NCBI GenBank assembly: GCA_022825895.1
Contig: JAJDVX010000007.1
Coordinates: 2,960 to 66,959, forward strand
DNA length: 64,000 nucleotides
Source of the DNA: Chloroflexota bacterium
GTDB taxonomy: Bacteria > Chloroflexota > UBA11872
Direction: 5' to 3'
Shown one piece after another: positions 45,610 through 54,337 of the stretch. Every line of letters begins with the position of its first letter. Positions within the stretch are counted from its first letter, which is position 1. Under the pieces are notes generated by a model, which was not told where the DNA came from, did no database searches, and saw nothing but the letters and a program-made list of their open reading frames with translations. The position numbers and the translations under genes are program-made.

Positions 45610-46280
45610 GTGGACCTACCCACGGGCAGCAGGTTGGCGCGCAGCCAGTCGTGGATGTCGCGCATGTTTTCGAAAGCATGGTAGGGAATCCGTTCGAGCT
45701 TGCAGCGCTCCGCCAGTTGGGATCGGGCAAAAAGCAGATCGGCGGCTTGCGCAGCGGCCCAGTCGCTCATTCCATCGCCGGCGTAGGCGACGCGCCAGCC
45801 CTGGGCTTGCAAGCTTCGGACCGGACCGGCCTTCCAGCCGCCTCGGCGATCGTGGCCGGGGCGTTCGTGGGGAAACTCAAGCTTGATTGAGCCGTTGCGG
45901 AAGAAGAGCCGGTTGGATTGAATTGGCAGGTCGGAAAGGCCCGCTCGGGCGAGCATTGGCTTGACGTAAGCGTCGAAGCCATCACTGACGACCTGGGTCG
46001 GGATGCCGTGCTCCCTGAGATCAGCGACCAGCGGCGCGAAGGCTGGGTCGATGGCGTGCTGGTCGATCAGATCAAGAAACCGCCGCTCGTCGGTATGCAC
46101 AAGCGCGAACTGGCGGCGGGCGCGTTCGCTGGTTGGGATTTCGCCGCGGATCCATTCGTCGTCAATGTCGCGCCAGGTTGGGTTTGCGAACGCGTCGAAG
46201 ATGACGTGGCCCATGTCGTTGGGGGAGATGGTGCCGTCGAAGTCGAAGACGAAGGCCCAGCGGGCGGCTGTGCCGGTCAG
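45606..46280 (-). CDS. HAD-superfamily (MtnX/phosphoserine-phosphatase-like) phosphatase, apparent CTG start
   Basis: HAD motif I FVFDFDGTIS lies 5-14 codons upstream of the first ATG (46214) in the same open frame. A CTG at 46280 overlaps the pcrA stop as CTGA. Motif III/IV is AYAGDGMSD. The gene's stop overlaps the ligase start as ATGA. Confidence 0.6.
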   Translation of the reverse strand: MTGTAARWAFVFDFDGTISPNDMGHVIFDAFANPTWRDIDDEWIRGEIPTSERARRQFALVHTDERRFLDLIDQHAIDPAFAPLVADLREHGIPTQVVSDGFDAYVKPMLARAGLSDLPIQSNRLFFRNGSIKLEFPHERPGHDRRGGWKAGPVRSLQAQGWRVAYAGDGMSDWAAAQAADLLFARSQLAERCKLERIPYHAFENMRDIHDWLRANLLPVGRST

Positions 46281-48511
46281 GTCACTGCCTCGAGCTTGGC
46301 GTAGCTGACGGCGAGCTTCTTGAGGCCCACGTCGCCCCCGAACATGACGGTAACTTCCTCGTCGAAGTTGGTGATCTGCCCGGCGACGATCAGGCCCTCG
46401 CCAAAGACCGGATGGCGGACGCGCTGGCCGTCCTGATAGGTGCGTTCAGTGGGCGGCTGCGGCTGATCGTCGTCATCCTCGACACCGAAGCCGGAAGTTA
46501 CAACGGTTGGACGGGCGTCGAGGCGGCGTCGGTAGGTGAGCCGCTCGGATGGGATGTCCTGCAGGAAGCGGGACGGGAACCGCACCGGCCCGCCCCAGCC
46601 GGAGCGATGGCGGGTGTAGGTGAGAAACAGGCGGTCCTTGGCCCTGGTGAGCGCCACGTAGGCCAGGCGGCGCTCCTCGTCCATCTGGGCGGGTTCGTCG
46701 TAACTGCGGGCGTGGGGAAAGAGCTCCTCCTCGAGTCCGACCAGGATCACGACGCCGAATTCGAGCCCCTTGGCCGAGTGGGCGGTGAGCAGCGTGACCG
46801 CGTCGCCGCCGGTTGCCAGGTTGTCGACGTCTGCAACCAGCGCGGCTTCGCTGAGGTAGCGGGACAGGCTCTCGCGCGGGCCGAGGCCGTCGTACTTGGT
46901 GGCGGCGGTCTGGAGCTCGACGACGTTTTCCCAGCGCTCTTCAGGACTGTCCGGATCGTTGTCCAGGGCTTCGTCGTAGCCGGACTCTCGCACGACGGCA
47001 TTGACGAGGCCGCCGACGGGCACCTCGTCGGCCAGGGTGTCCAGGCGGCGCAGTAGGCGGCCGAGATCGACCAGCGCGCGAGTGGCGCGGGTAGGTAGCG
47101 GGTTGTCGAGCGTGTGCTGGATCGGCTGGCCCGAGTCGGCGTCGGCGGCCAGCAGGCGTGTCAGTTCGCCTGAAGAGCGGCTGGAGTCCTCGGCCCACTC
47201 GCGGAGAACCTGGAGGGTCTTGGCGCCGATGCCGCGGCGCGGGGTGTTGGCGATGCGCTCGAAGCTGACCAGGTCGCGAGGGTTGGCAATGGCCCGCAGG
47301 TAGGCCAGCACGTCGCGCACTTCGCGACGTCCGTAGAACTCGGTGGCCCCGACGAGCTGGTACGGCAGGCCCTGGCGGACGAACCACTCCTCCAGGGGAC
47401 GCGACTGGGCGTTGGTGCGGTAGATGATGGCGATGTCGTGACTCGGGATGTCTTCGCCGCGCAGTTCGCGGATGAGGTTGCCGACCTGGCGGGCTTCGTC
47501 GTCTTCGTCGAAGGCTTCGATAATCTCGGGCGGCTGGCCGTCATCGCGCTCGGTCCAGAGCGTCTTCTCGGCTCGGTTGGCGACCTTGGAGATGACGGCG
47601 TTTGCGGACTCGAGGATGTGTCCGGTGGATCGGTAGTTACGTTCCAGGCGGATGACGCGGGCGTCGGCGAACTGGGCTTCGAAGTCGAGGATGTTGCGGA
47701 TGTCGGCGCCGCGCCAGGTGTAGATGCTCTGGTCGTCGTCGCCGACGACGCAGACGTTGCCGCTGCCCGCCGCAAGCTGGCGGACGAACTCGTACTGGGC
47801 TCGGTTGGTGTCCTGGTATTCGTCGACCAGGATGAAGCGGTAGCGGTCCTGGTAGAAGGCGCGCAGGTCGGGGAACTCGCGAAAGAGGCGGACGCAGAAG
47901 GCGATCATGTCGCCAAAGTCGACGCCGTTGGCGCTGTCGAGCAGGCGCTGGTAGCGGTGGTAGACCTGCGCGACGGCTTCCTCGAAGTAGCCCTCGGAGC
48001 GTTCGGCGTAGACGAAGGGGTCGGCGAGTTCGTCCTTGGCGCGTGAGATGGCGTTGCGGATGGCGACGGGGCTGATGGTGGTGAGGCCGATGCCGACGTC
48101 GCCCATCGCCTGCTTGACGAGGCGCAGTTGGTCGTCGGCGTCGTAGATGGTGAACTCAGGCTCGCGGCCGAGGTGGTGGATGTCGCGGCGGAGAATGCGG
48201 AGGGCCTGGCCGTGGAAGGTGCCGACATTGACGCCGGCCGCCATGCGGCCGACCAGGTCGACGATGCGCTCGCGCATCTCGTTGGCGGCTTTGTTGGTGA
48301 AGGTGACGGCGAGGATGTTCCAGGGGGCGACGCCGGCGGCGATGAGGTTGGCGACGCGGCAGGTGATGACGCGGGTCTTGCCGGAGCCGGCGCCGGCGAA
48401 CACGAGCAGGGGGCCGTGGACGTGGTCGATGGCGGCGCGCTGCTGGTCGTTCAGGCCGCTGAGATCCAGGGGCGGCAGGCCGGCGGCCTGGGGGCGATGG
48501 GTGGCGCTCAC
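46277..48511 (-). CDS. pcrA: UvrD/PcrA-type ATP-dependent DNA helicase
   Basis: Protein from VSATHRPQ... Motifs: LNDQQRAAIDHVHGPLLVFAGAGSGKT; FILVDEYQDTN; TAHSAKGLEF. The 82-codon Pro/Arg-rich upstream extension in the track ORF was discarded. Confidence 0.9.
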   Translation of the reverse strand: MSATHRPQAAGLPPLDLSGLNDQQRAAIDHVHGPLLVFAGAGSGKTRVITCRVANLIAAGVAPWNILAVTFTNKAANEMRERIVDLVGRMAAGVNVGTFHGQALRILRRDIHHLGREPEFTIYDADDQLRLVKQAMGDVGIGLTTISPVAIRNAISRAKDELADPFVYAERSEGYFEEAVAQVYHRYQRLLDSANGVDFGDMIAFCVRLFREFPDLRAFYQDRYRFILVDEYQDTNRAQYEFVRQLAAGSGNVCVVGDDDQSIYTWRGADIRNILDFEAQFADARVIRLERNYRSTGHILESANAVISKVANRAEKTLWTERDDGQPPEIIEAFDEDDEARQVGNLIRELRGEDIPSHDIAIIYRTNAQSRPLEEWFVRQGLPYQLVGATEFYGRREVRDVLAYLRAIANPRDLVSFERIANTPRRGIGAKTLQVLREWAEDSSRSSGELTRLLAADADSGQPIQHTLDNPLPTRATRALVDLGRLLRRLDTLADEVPVGGLVNAVVRESGYDEALDNDPDSPEERWENVVELQTAATKYDGLGPRESLSRYLSEAALVADVDNLATGGDAVTLLTAHSAKGLEFGVVILVGLEEELFPHARSYDEPAQMDEERRLAYVALTRAKDRLFLTYTRHRSGWGGPVRFPSRFLQDIPSERLTYRRRLDARPTVVTSGFGVEDDDDQPQPPTERTYQDGQRVRHPVFGEGLIVAGQITNFDEEVTVMFGGDVGLKKLAVSYAKLEAVT

Positions 48512-48561
48512 GGGCGATTCTAGGGCACCTGTGGAGAGCAGGGTGCGGGGGGCGTTGGGTG

Positions 48562-49440
48562 TCAGGCGGGTGGGGGTGGGAGGGGGTGGATGCGGACGTT
48601 GACGTGGAGGTGGCTTTGGCCGCCGCCGCGGAGGACGCCGCGGGTGGGGGAGACGTCCTGGTAGTCGCGGCCGACGGCGACACGCACGTAGCGCTGGTCG
48701 GCGACGGACCGGTTGGTGGGATCGAAGCCGATCCAGCCGAGGCCGGGCAGGCGGCATTCGGCCCAGGCATGGGTGAGGGTTGACGGCGCCTGCTCGCCTT
48801 CCGCGCCGGTGACGTGCAGGTAGCCGGACACGTAGCGGGTCGGGATTCCCCAGGAGCGGGCGATGGCGATCATGACGTGGGCGTAGTCCTGGCAGACGCC
48901 GTGGCCGGTTTCGAGAATGTGGTCGATGGGAGAGATGACCGAGGTGCTGCCGGGGCTGTAGGTGAAGTTGTCATGCAGCGCGTCGGACAGGCAACGCAGG
49001 CTTTCCAGCGGATCGTTTCGCACACGGATGTCGAACCGGCGCGTGAATGCGGCGAGGGCGGGCGACGGCGTTGTGAGGGCGCTGGGGCGGGTGAAGTCCC
49101 AGTCGGCGAAGGCATCACGCTCGGCGTTGATGGCCGTCCAGGCATCGGGGCCCAGCGATTCGGGCAGGAGCGGCGACGGACGAATCTCGATTGCGCAGGA
49201 GGCCGAGATGGCAAGGGCGGCGTGCTCGCGATGGAGATTCAGCAGGTGCCGGGTGTTGCCGAAGGCGTCGGTCTCAACGTTGAGGGTGGATGCGGGATCG
49301 GTGGAAACCGCGAACCGCACAAGCCGCTGTCCGCCGTCGCCGCGCGGCTTGAGGCAGAGGCGCATGACGCAGTAGCGGGCGGGCACCGTATAGGTGTAGC
49401 GCGACTCGTGCTCAATCTCGTAGCGGACAGGATCCGCCAT
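48562..49440 (-). CDS. Transglutaminase-family protein (Bact_transglu_N + transglutaminase core)
   Basis: Protein from MADPVRYEIEHESRYTYT..., with catalytic-Cys region GHGVCQDYAHVMIAIARSWGIPTRYVSGY. Confidence 0.8.
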   Translation of the reverse strand: MADPVRYEIEHESRYTYTVPARYCVMRLCLKPRGDGGQRLVRFAVSTDPASTLNVETDAFGNTRHLLNLHREHAALAISASCAIEIRPSPLLPESLGPDAWTAINAERDAFADWDFTRPSALTTPSPALAAFTRRFDIRVRNDPLESLRCLSDALHDNFTYSPGSTSVISPIDHILETGHGVCQDYAHVMIAIARSWGIPTRYVSGYLHVTGAEGEQAPSTLTHAWAECRLPGLGWIGFDPTNRSVADQRYVRVAVGRDYQDVSPTRGVLRGGGQSHLHVNVRIHPLPPPPA

Positions 49441-49466
49441 AGGAAACCTTTGAATAACCCAGGGTT

Positions 49467-49662
49467 GGTTGCCCGGAAGACCCCTCACCGATTTCGGCCG
49501 AAGACGCCCGAATCTGCCTCTCCCCTTGGAGAGGGGAAAGAACGGCGCCAGCTAGAGGAGAGAGACTTCGCACACTCATTCCTCGGGTTATGCAAAGGTC
49601 TCCAGAGGGAGAGGGAGCAAGAGGCGCCCCAATTTTGAGGACGAGGGGGGTTGTGCAAAGGT
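49467..49662. repeat. Intergenic repeat element (family copy 1)
   Basis: It shares GGTTGCCCGGAAGACCCCTCACC, GAGAGGGAGCAAGAGGCG and TTGAGGACGAGGGGGGTTGTGCAAAGGT blocks with 52179..52338. It has an internal hairpin CCTCTCC-CCTT-GGAGAGG at 49517..49534. Confidence 0.7.
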
Positions 49663-49672
49663 CGCCATAGCG

Positions 49673-50641
49673 TCAGCGAGCGGGGACGTCGTGAACGGGG
49701 TAGTTGAAGAAGGAATCCGTCAGCAGGTCGTGAAGATCTCGTCCGTGCTCGTTCAGCTGCCGGAGCAAGGCTTTGGGATCTTCCCGGTCCAGCCAGGCGT
49801 AGTTGACCAGGGCGCTCATGCGACCCATGAGTCGTTGCGCGGCGCCGACGGCCTGATCGTTGGGGCTGGCGGCGGTGTCGGCGAGTTCGGCGGAGAGCAT
49901 GTCCAGCGACCGGCAGAGGGAGTCGGGCAATCGCGCATCGGTGGCCAGCAGGTCCAGGGCCTGACGCGGCACTACCGTGAGACCGTAGGTTCGATGGTAG
50001 GCCTCGAGCGCGTGATAGAGGCGAAGGAGCCCGGTCCAGGCGGCTTCGGAGACATCGCGGGTGAGTTCGGCAGCCACGATCTGCGCATGCAGCAGCGCGG
50101 ATGAGAGTTGCACCCGCTCGATCGCGCGACCGAGGTTGAGGAACCTCCAGCCTTCGTCGCGGTACATCGTGGCCGCGGCAACGCCGGCGAAGGTGTCGAT
50201 TTCAGCGACGGTCTCCGCATAGAAGCGCTCGGGCGACGATGCCCAGATGTCCTGGATCGTCATGCCCTGAACGCGCAGATACATTCGATTCAGGCAGGTC
50301 CACATCTCGGCGCTGAGACAGTGACGTACGTGCCGCGCGTTTTCGCGTCCACTCGAGATTCCGCTCCACACCGAGGCCGGGTTGGTGGGTTCAAACGTGA
50401 GGTCATCCGCCAGGGTGTAGGAATCCGCCAGGGTGTAGTCGTCCTGGGCAAGGAGCTCGAGGCTGCCGACCGGCGGTTGACGGTGCAGGCTGCCGTAGAC
50501 GCGCAGCCAGCCGAAGTGAATCTCGTTGACCGGCCGATCGACCAGGGCCTCCGCCTGCATGCGCAGCAGCCGGCTGAGATGCTGGGCGCGCTCCAGGTAG
50601 CGGCCCATCCAGTAGAGACCCTCGGCGCTGCGCGACAGCAT
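49673..50641 (-). CDS. Alpha-E domain protein (DUF403-like)
   Basis: Protein from MLSRSAEGLYWMGRYLERAQHLSRLLR. Confidence 0.8.
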   Translation of the reverse strand: MLSRSAEGLYWMGRYLERAQHLSRLLRMQAEALVDRPVNEIHFGWLRVYGSLHRQPPVGSLELLAQDDYTLADSYTLADDLTFEPTNPASVWSGISSGRENARHVRHCLSAEMWTCLNRMYLRVQGMTIQDIWASSPERFYAETVAEIDTFAGVAAATMYRDEGWRFLNLGRAIERVQLSSALLHAQIVAAELTRDVSEAAWTGLLRLYHALEAYHRTYGLTVVPRQALDLLATDARLPDSLCRSLDMLSAELADTAASPNDQAVGAAQRLMGRMSALVNYAWLDREDPKALLRQLNEHGRDLHDLLTDSFFNYPVHDVPAR

Positions 50642-50646
50642 GCGGC

Positions 50647-52080
50647 CTAGTTCTCCAGCACCCAGAGGTCCTTGCCGCCGCCACCCTGGCTGGAGTTGAC
50701 CACCAGGCTGCCGCGCCGCAAGGCGACACGACAAAACGCGCCGGGCACGATGCGGGTCTGGCGACCATGCAGCACGAAGGGGCGCAAGTCGACGTGGCGA
50801 GGTTCGATGCGGCCATCGATGAGACAGGGCGCTCGCGACAGGTCGAGCACCGGCTGAGAGATGAAGTCGGCGGGAGTCGCCCGCACTTGCTCGGCGTACT
50901 CCGCGCGCTCGGCCGGCGTGGCGTGCGGGCCGATCAACATGCCGTAGCCGCCGGACTCGCCAACTCGCTTGACCACGAGGTTTGCCAGATTGTCGAGCGT
51001 GTATTCGAGTCCTTCGGGATTACGGCACAGGTAGGTCTCGACGTTAGCGATGATCGGTTCTTCCGCCAGGTAGTAGCGAATCATGTCCGGAACGTAGGCG
51101 TAGACGCTCTTGTCGTCGGCGACGCCGGTTCCCGGAGCATTGGCCAGCGTGACGTTGCCCTGCTTGCAGGCGTGCATGATGCCGGGGACGCCGAGCAGAG
51201 AGTCCTCGCGAAACACGACGGGGTCGAGAAAGTCGTCGTCGATTCGCCGGTATACGACATCGACCCGCCGCAAGCCGGCGGTCGTTCGCATGTAAACGAA
51301 GCCATCGTCAACCAGTAAATCGCGCCCCTCGACAAGCTCCGCGCCGATCTGCCCGGCCAGGAACATGTGCTCGTAGAAGGCCGAGTTGTAGACGCCGGGG
51401 GTTAGCAACGCGATGGTCGGGTCGGATGTTCCGGCGGGCGACAGTTCTTCGAGCGTCGTGCGGAGGACGCGCCCGTAATGCTCGATTTCCTGTACCCGCG
51501 AGGAGCGGTACAGACGGCGGAAGCTGGCCTTGACGGCTTTGCGGTTGGCGAGCATGTAGGCGACGCCGGACGGGACGCGGAGGTTGTCCTCAAGGACCTT
51601 GAATCCCTCGTTGGTGCGGACGAGGTCGGTTCCGCAGATCGCGACCCAGACGCCGTGCGGCGCCTTGAAGCCGCGCATTTCGATCCGGTACTGGGGACAA
51701 CCGCGCACGACGTCGACCGGAATAACGCCGTCCTCCACGATGCGGGCCGGGCCGTAGACATCGGCCAGGAAGAGGTTGAGGGCCTTGAGGCGCTGGGTCA
51801 GGCCGGTCTCGAGCTCGCGCCACTCGCCGGCCGAGAGCACGCGCGGCAGGCAGTCGACGGGGATGATGCGCTCGTCGCCTTCGTCGTCGCCATAGACCTT
51901 GAAGGAGATGCCTTCGCTGGAGAACGAGCCGGTGACCTGATCCTGGATGTCGGCCAGGTCAGCCGCGGACGTCTCGCTTAATGCGGTGTGGACTCCCTGG
52001 ACGTGGGTTCGTGCTGCTCCATCCGAATGGAACATCTCGTCATAGATGCGCGCGTCGAGTTCATAGTCCTTGAAGTCCAT
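50647..52080 (-). CDS. Circularly permuted type-2 ATP-grasp protein
   Basis: 477 aa. It begins MDFKDYELDARIYDEMF... and matches the architecture I recall for the ATP-grasp partner of alpha-E/transglutaminase operons. Confidence 0.8.
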   Translation of the reverse strand: MDFKDYELDARIYDEMFHSDGAARTHVQGVHTALSETSAADLADIQDQVTGSFSSEGISFKVYGDDEGDERIIPVDCLPRVLSAGEWRELETGLTQRLKALNLFLADVYGPARIVEDGVIPVDVVRGCPQYRIEMRGFKAPHGVWVAICGTDLVRTNEGFKVLEDNLRVPSGVAYMLANRKAVKASFRRLYRSSRVQEIEHYGRVLRTTLEELSPAGTSDPTIALLTPGVYNSAFYEHMFLAGQIGAELVEGRDLLVDDGFVYMRTTAGLRRVDVVYRRIDDDFLDPVVFREDSLLGVPGIMHACKQGNVTLANAPGTGVADDKSVYAYVPDMIRYYLAEEPIIANVETYLCRNPEGLEYTLDNLANLVVKRVGESGGYGMLIGPHATPAERAEYAEQVRATPADFISQPVLDLSRAPCLIDGRIEPRHVDLRPFVLHGRQTRIVPGAFCRVALRRGSLVVNSSQGGGGKDLWVLEN

Positions 52081-52178
52081 ACGGGTGCTTTATCCAAGCG
52101 ATTCCGCGCGTGCTATTCGCAGAAGTCGCGCGCTGCGCCAGCTGTCCCGCCGAATAGACCGTTGCGTTACGCGGGCCT

Positions 52179-52338
52179 GGTTGCCCGGAAAGCCCCTCAT
52201 CCCAACCCGCTCCGCGAAGAACGAGCTATGCCTAAGCCGAAGATGGGCGCCCGGAAGACCCTCACCCCAACCGTCTCCCACGGAGAGAGGGAGCAAGCGG
52301 GGCCGTTTCTTCGAGGGCACGGGGCGTTCTGCAAAGGT
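52179..52338. repeat. Intergenic repeat element (family copy 2)
   Basis: GGTTGCCCGGAAAGCCCCTCATCCCAACC ... GCGCCCGGAAGACCCTCACCCCAACCGTCTCCCACGGAGAGAGGGAGCAAGCGGGGC ... TTCGAGGGCACGGGGCGTTCTGCAAAGGT. The blocks are colinear with copy 1. Confidence 0.7.
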
Positions 52339-52526
52339 TTCACTGAAGGACGTCAGCCAGCGGAGTCCTCCCCGGGGACGCCTGGCGCGGCAGTCTATCG
52401 GATGCCGACGGCCTGCGAAGGCTGCCGCCAAGGAACCGGAGGCGGACAGAAGCGGTCGCGGGTCCAGGCGATTCAGCTTTCGCCCGAGCGGCGTTGACCG
52501 TGTGGAGGCACGGCCGCGAGGTACGG

Positions 52527-52564
52527 TTCCCGCTGCGCCCGGCTGTCGCCGGGCGCAGCGGGAA
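52527..52564 (-). terminator. GC-rich hairpin immediately downstream of amt (candidate intrinsic terminator without a U-tract)
   Basis: A perfect 16-bp inverted repeat TTCCCGCTGCGCCCGG / CCGGGCGCAGCGGGAA with a 6-nt spacer, 11 nt after the amt stop. Confidence 0.5.
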
Positions 52565-52574
52565 GGACGTACGG

Positions 52575-53981
52575 CTATTTCGCCGCCTGCACGGCCTGTT
52601 CCTCATCGTCGTCATACTCTTCGGGCATGAGCACGAATTCGGGGTAGGCCTCGATGCGAAGTTCGCCGGCGTCCTGGCCAAGGCGCTCGACCTGCGGCGA
52701 CACCCGAGCACCGATGGTCATGTCGATGAGCCGCCAGAGCGCCCACGAAACGAGGAACACGAACGCGCCGATTGCCAACACGCCGATCAACTGGACGTGG
52801 AACTGGCCGCCAGCGGCGATGCAGACCGCGAGGGTTCCCCAGACACCCGCGAACAAGTGAACAGGAACGGCGCCAACCACGTCGTCCTGGCGCAGCTTCT
52901 CCAACAGCTTCATGCCGGCCACGCAGATTACGCCGCCGATGGCGCCAATGATGATCGCCCAGTAGTGATCGACGATATCGGGTCCGGCGGTGATGGACAC
53001 CAACCCGGCCAGCGCGCCGTTGAGGCCACCGGCAAGATCGGTTCGACCGAAGATCGGCCGCGACGCGACCAAGGCGGCGAGGGCGCCGGCCGCGGCGGCG
53101 AGGTTGGTGTTGACCAATACGTGGCTCATAGCAATGGCGTCGGCCGCGCTGCCAAGGGCAAGTTGCGACCCGCCGTTGAAGCCAAACCAGCCCAACCAGA
53201 GGATGAAGACACCCAGCGTGACGATGAGGATGTTGGAGGGCGGCGTGGGCCTGACCGAACCGTCGCTCTTGAATTTGCCCAGCCGGGGACCTACGACGAG
53301 GATGCCGGCCAGCGCGGCCCAACCACCGGTGCTGTGCACGATGGTGGAGCCGGCGAAGTCCTGGAAACCCAGCCCGTCCAGCCAGCCCCCGCCCCAGGTC
53401 CAGGCGCCGACGATGGGGTAGATGATGGCGGTGAGGATCAGCACGAACAGGAAGAAGGACCAGAGCTTGACCCGCTCGGCCAGGGCGCCGGACACGATGG
53501 ACGCGGCAGCGGCCACAAAGACCATCTGGAAGAACCAGTCGGACATAGTGGCGTAGGGGGTGTCGGCGGCGAGCACAGCCGCGGCATCGCCCTCGCCACC
53601 GAGCAGCGCAAGCTCCTCGGCCGAGGCTCCGTAGAACACCTTGAACGTGCCAATGAAGTTGCCGACGATCTCCCCGTACATCAGGTTGTAGCCGATGATG
53701 TAGTAGGCCAAACCCGCGATTGAATAGAGACCGATGTTTTTCAGACAGATCATGGAGGCGTTCTTGGTCCTTACGGACCCGGCCTCGAGCATGGAGAAGC
53801 CGGCGCTCATCCACATGACCAGCGCGCCCCAGACCAGGAACGCGAAGGTGTTGAGCACGTAGACGGCTTCGGCTTCCACGCCTTGCGCCTGCGCCACGGC
53901 CGGCCGTGCCAGAAAGATGCCGAGGGTCGCGGCCGCCGCCAGCAATAGAAGGTTGCGTCGGCGCTGTCCAAACAGGTGCAT
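52575..53981 (-). CDS. amt: Ammonium transporter
   Basis: Protein from MHLFGQRRRN...(signal)... Motifs: FLVWGALVMWMSAGFSMLEAGSVRTKN, ...FAGSTIVHSTGGWAALAG, ...VPVHLFAGVWG. The upstream 77 codons of the track ORF were discarded. Confidence 0.9.
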   Translation of the reverse strand: MHLFGQRRRNLLLLAAAATLGIFLARPAVAQAQGVEAEAVYVLNTFAFLVWGALVMWMSAGFSMLEAGSVRTKNASMICLKNIGLYSIAGLAYYIIGYNLMYGEIVGNFIGTFKVFYGASAEELALLGGEGDAAAVLAADTPYATMSDWFFQMVFVAAAASIVSGALAERVKLWSFFLFVLILTAIIYPIVGAWTWGGGWLDGLGFQDFAGSTIVHSTGGWAALAGILVVGPRLGKFKSDGSVRPTPPSNILIVTLGVFILWLGWFGFNGGSQLALGSAADAIAMSHVLVNTNLAAAAGALAALVASRPIFGRTDLAGGLNGALAGLVSITAGPDIVDHYWAIIIGAIGGVICVAGMKLLEKLRQDDVVGAVPVHLFAGVWGTLAVCIAAGGQFHVQLIGVLAIGAFVFLVSWALWRLIDMTIGARVSPQVERLGQDAGELRIEAYPEFVLMPEEYDDDEEQAVQAAK

Positions 53982-54337
53982 GATTGCGGTCACGGCTTCT
54001 CCCCTCGATGAGTCCACAGCGATTAGCCCAGCTCGCGAGGTGAGGGTACCGAGCGGCGGGATTTTTTCCCAACTCCGAAGGATTGCGGGGTCGAATGAAG
54101 CGTGGGCGCTCCCGCTTAGCGTGACCCGCAAAGGACCGTGAATTCCGTGCGATGTGAGCGCCCTGAATCTGCGCTGGCCCTGAGTGCGTACCGATGCCTG
54201 TCCACGCGACACGGCCGGCAGACATTCACGATCTTTGACACACGCAGACCTGGATCACAATGGCCGCCGCGCCGCTGCATGCGAGACAGGCGGGCAGACC
54301 GGTGTTTTCGGCCGGTCACCACGTCGTCTCTCGCCGG

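Noticed and set aside
52575-53981. amt without an adjacent glnK/glnB gene and with an acidic C-terminal tail (EEYDDDEEQAVQAAK)
   Set aside because: Unpaired amt genes occur in many genomes, and a PII gene may lie elsewhere. This is not distinctive on sequence alone.
52612-54225. 537-aa minus-strand ORF in an alternative frame of amt
   Set aside because: It is Arg/Gly/Pro-rich. The other frame (52575..53981) carries unmistakable ammonium-transporter motifs.
54297-54317. Hairpin GACCGG-N9-CCGGTC after murJ as a terminator
   Set aside because: The stem is only 6 bp with a 9-nt loop and no U-tract. It is too weak to call.
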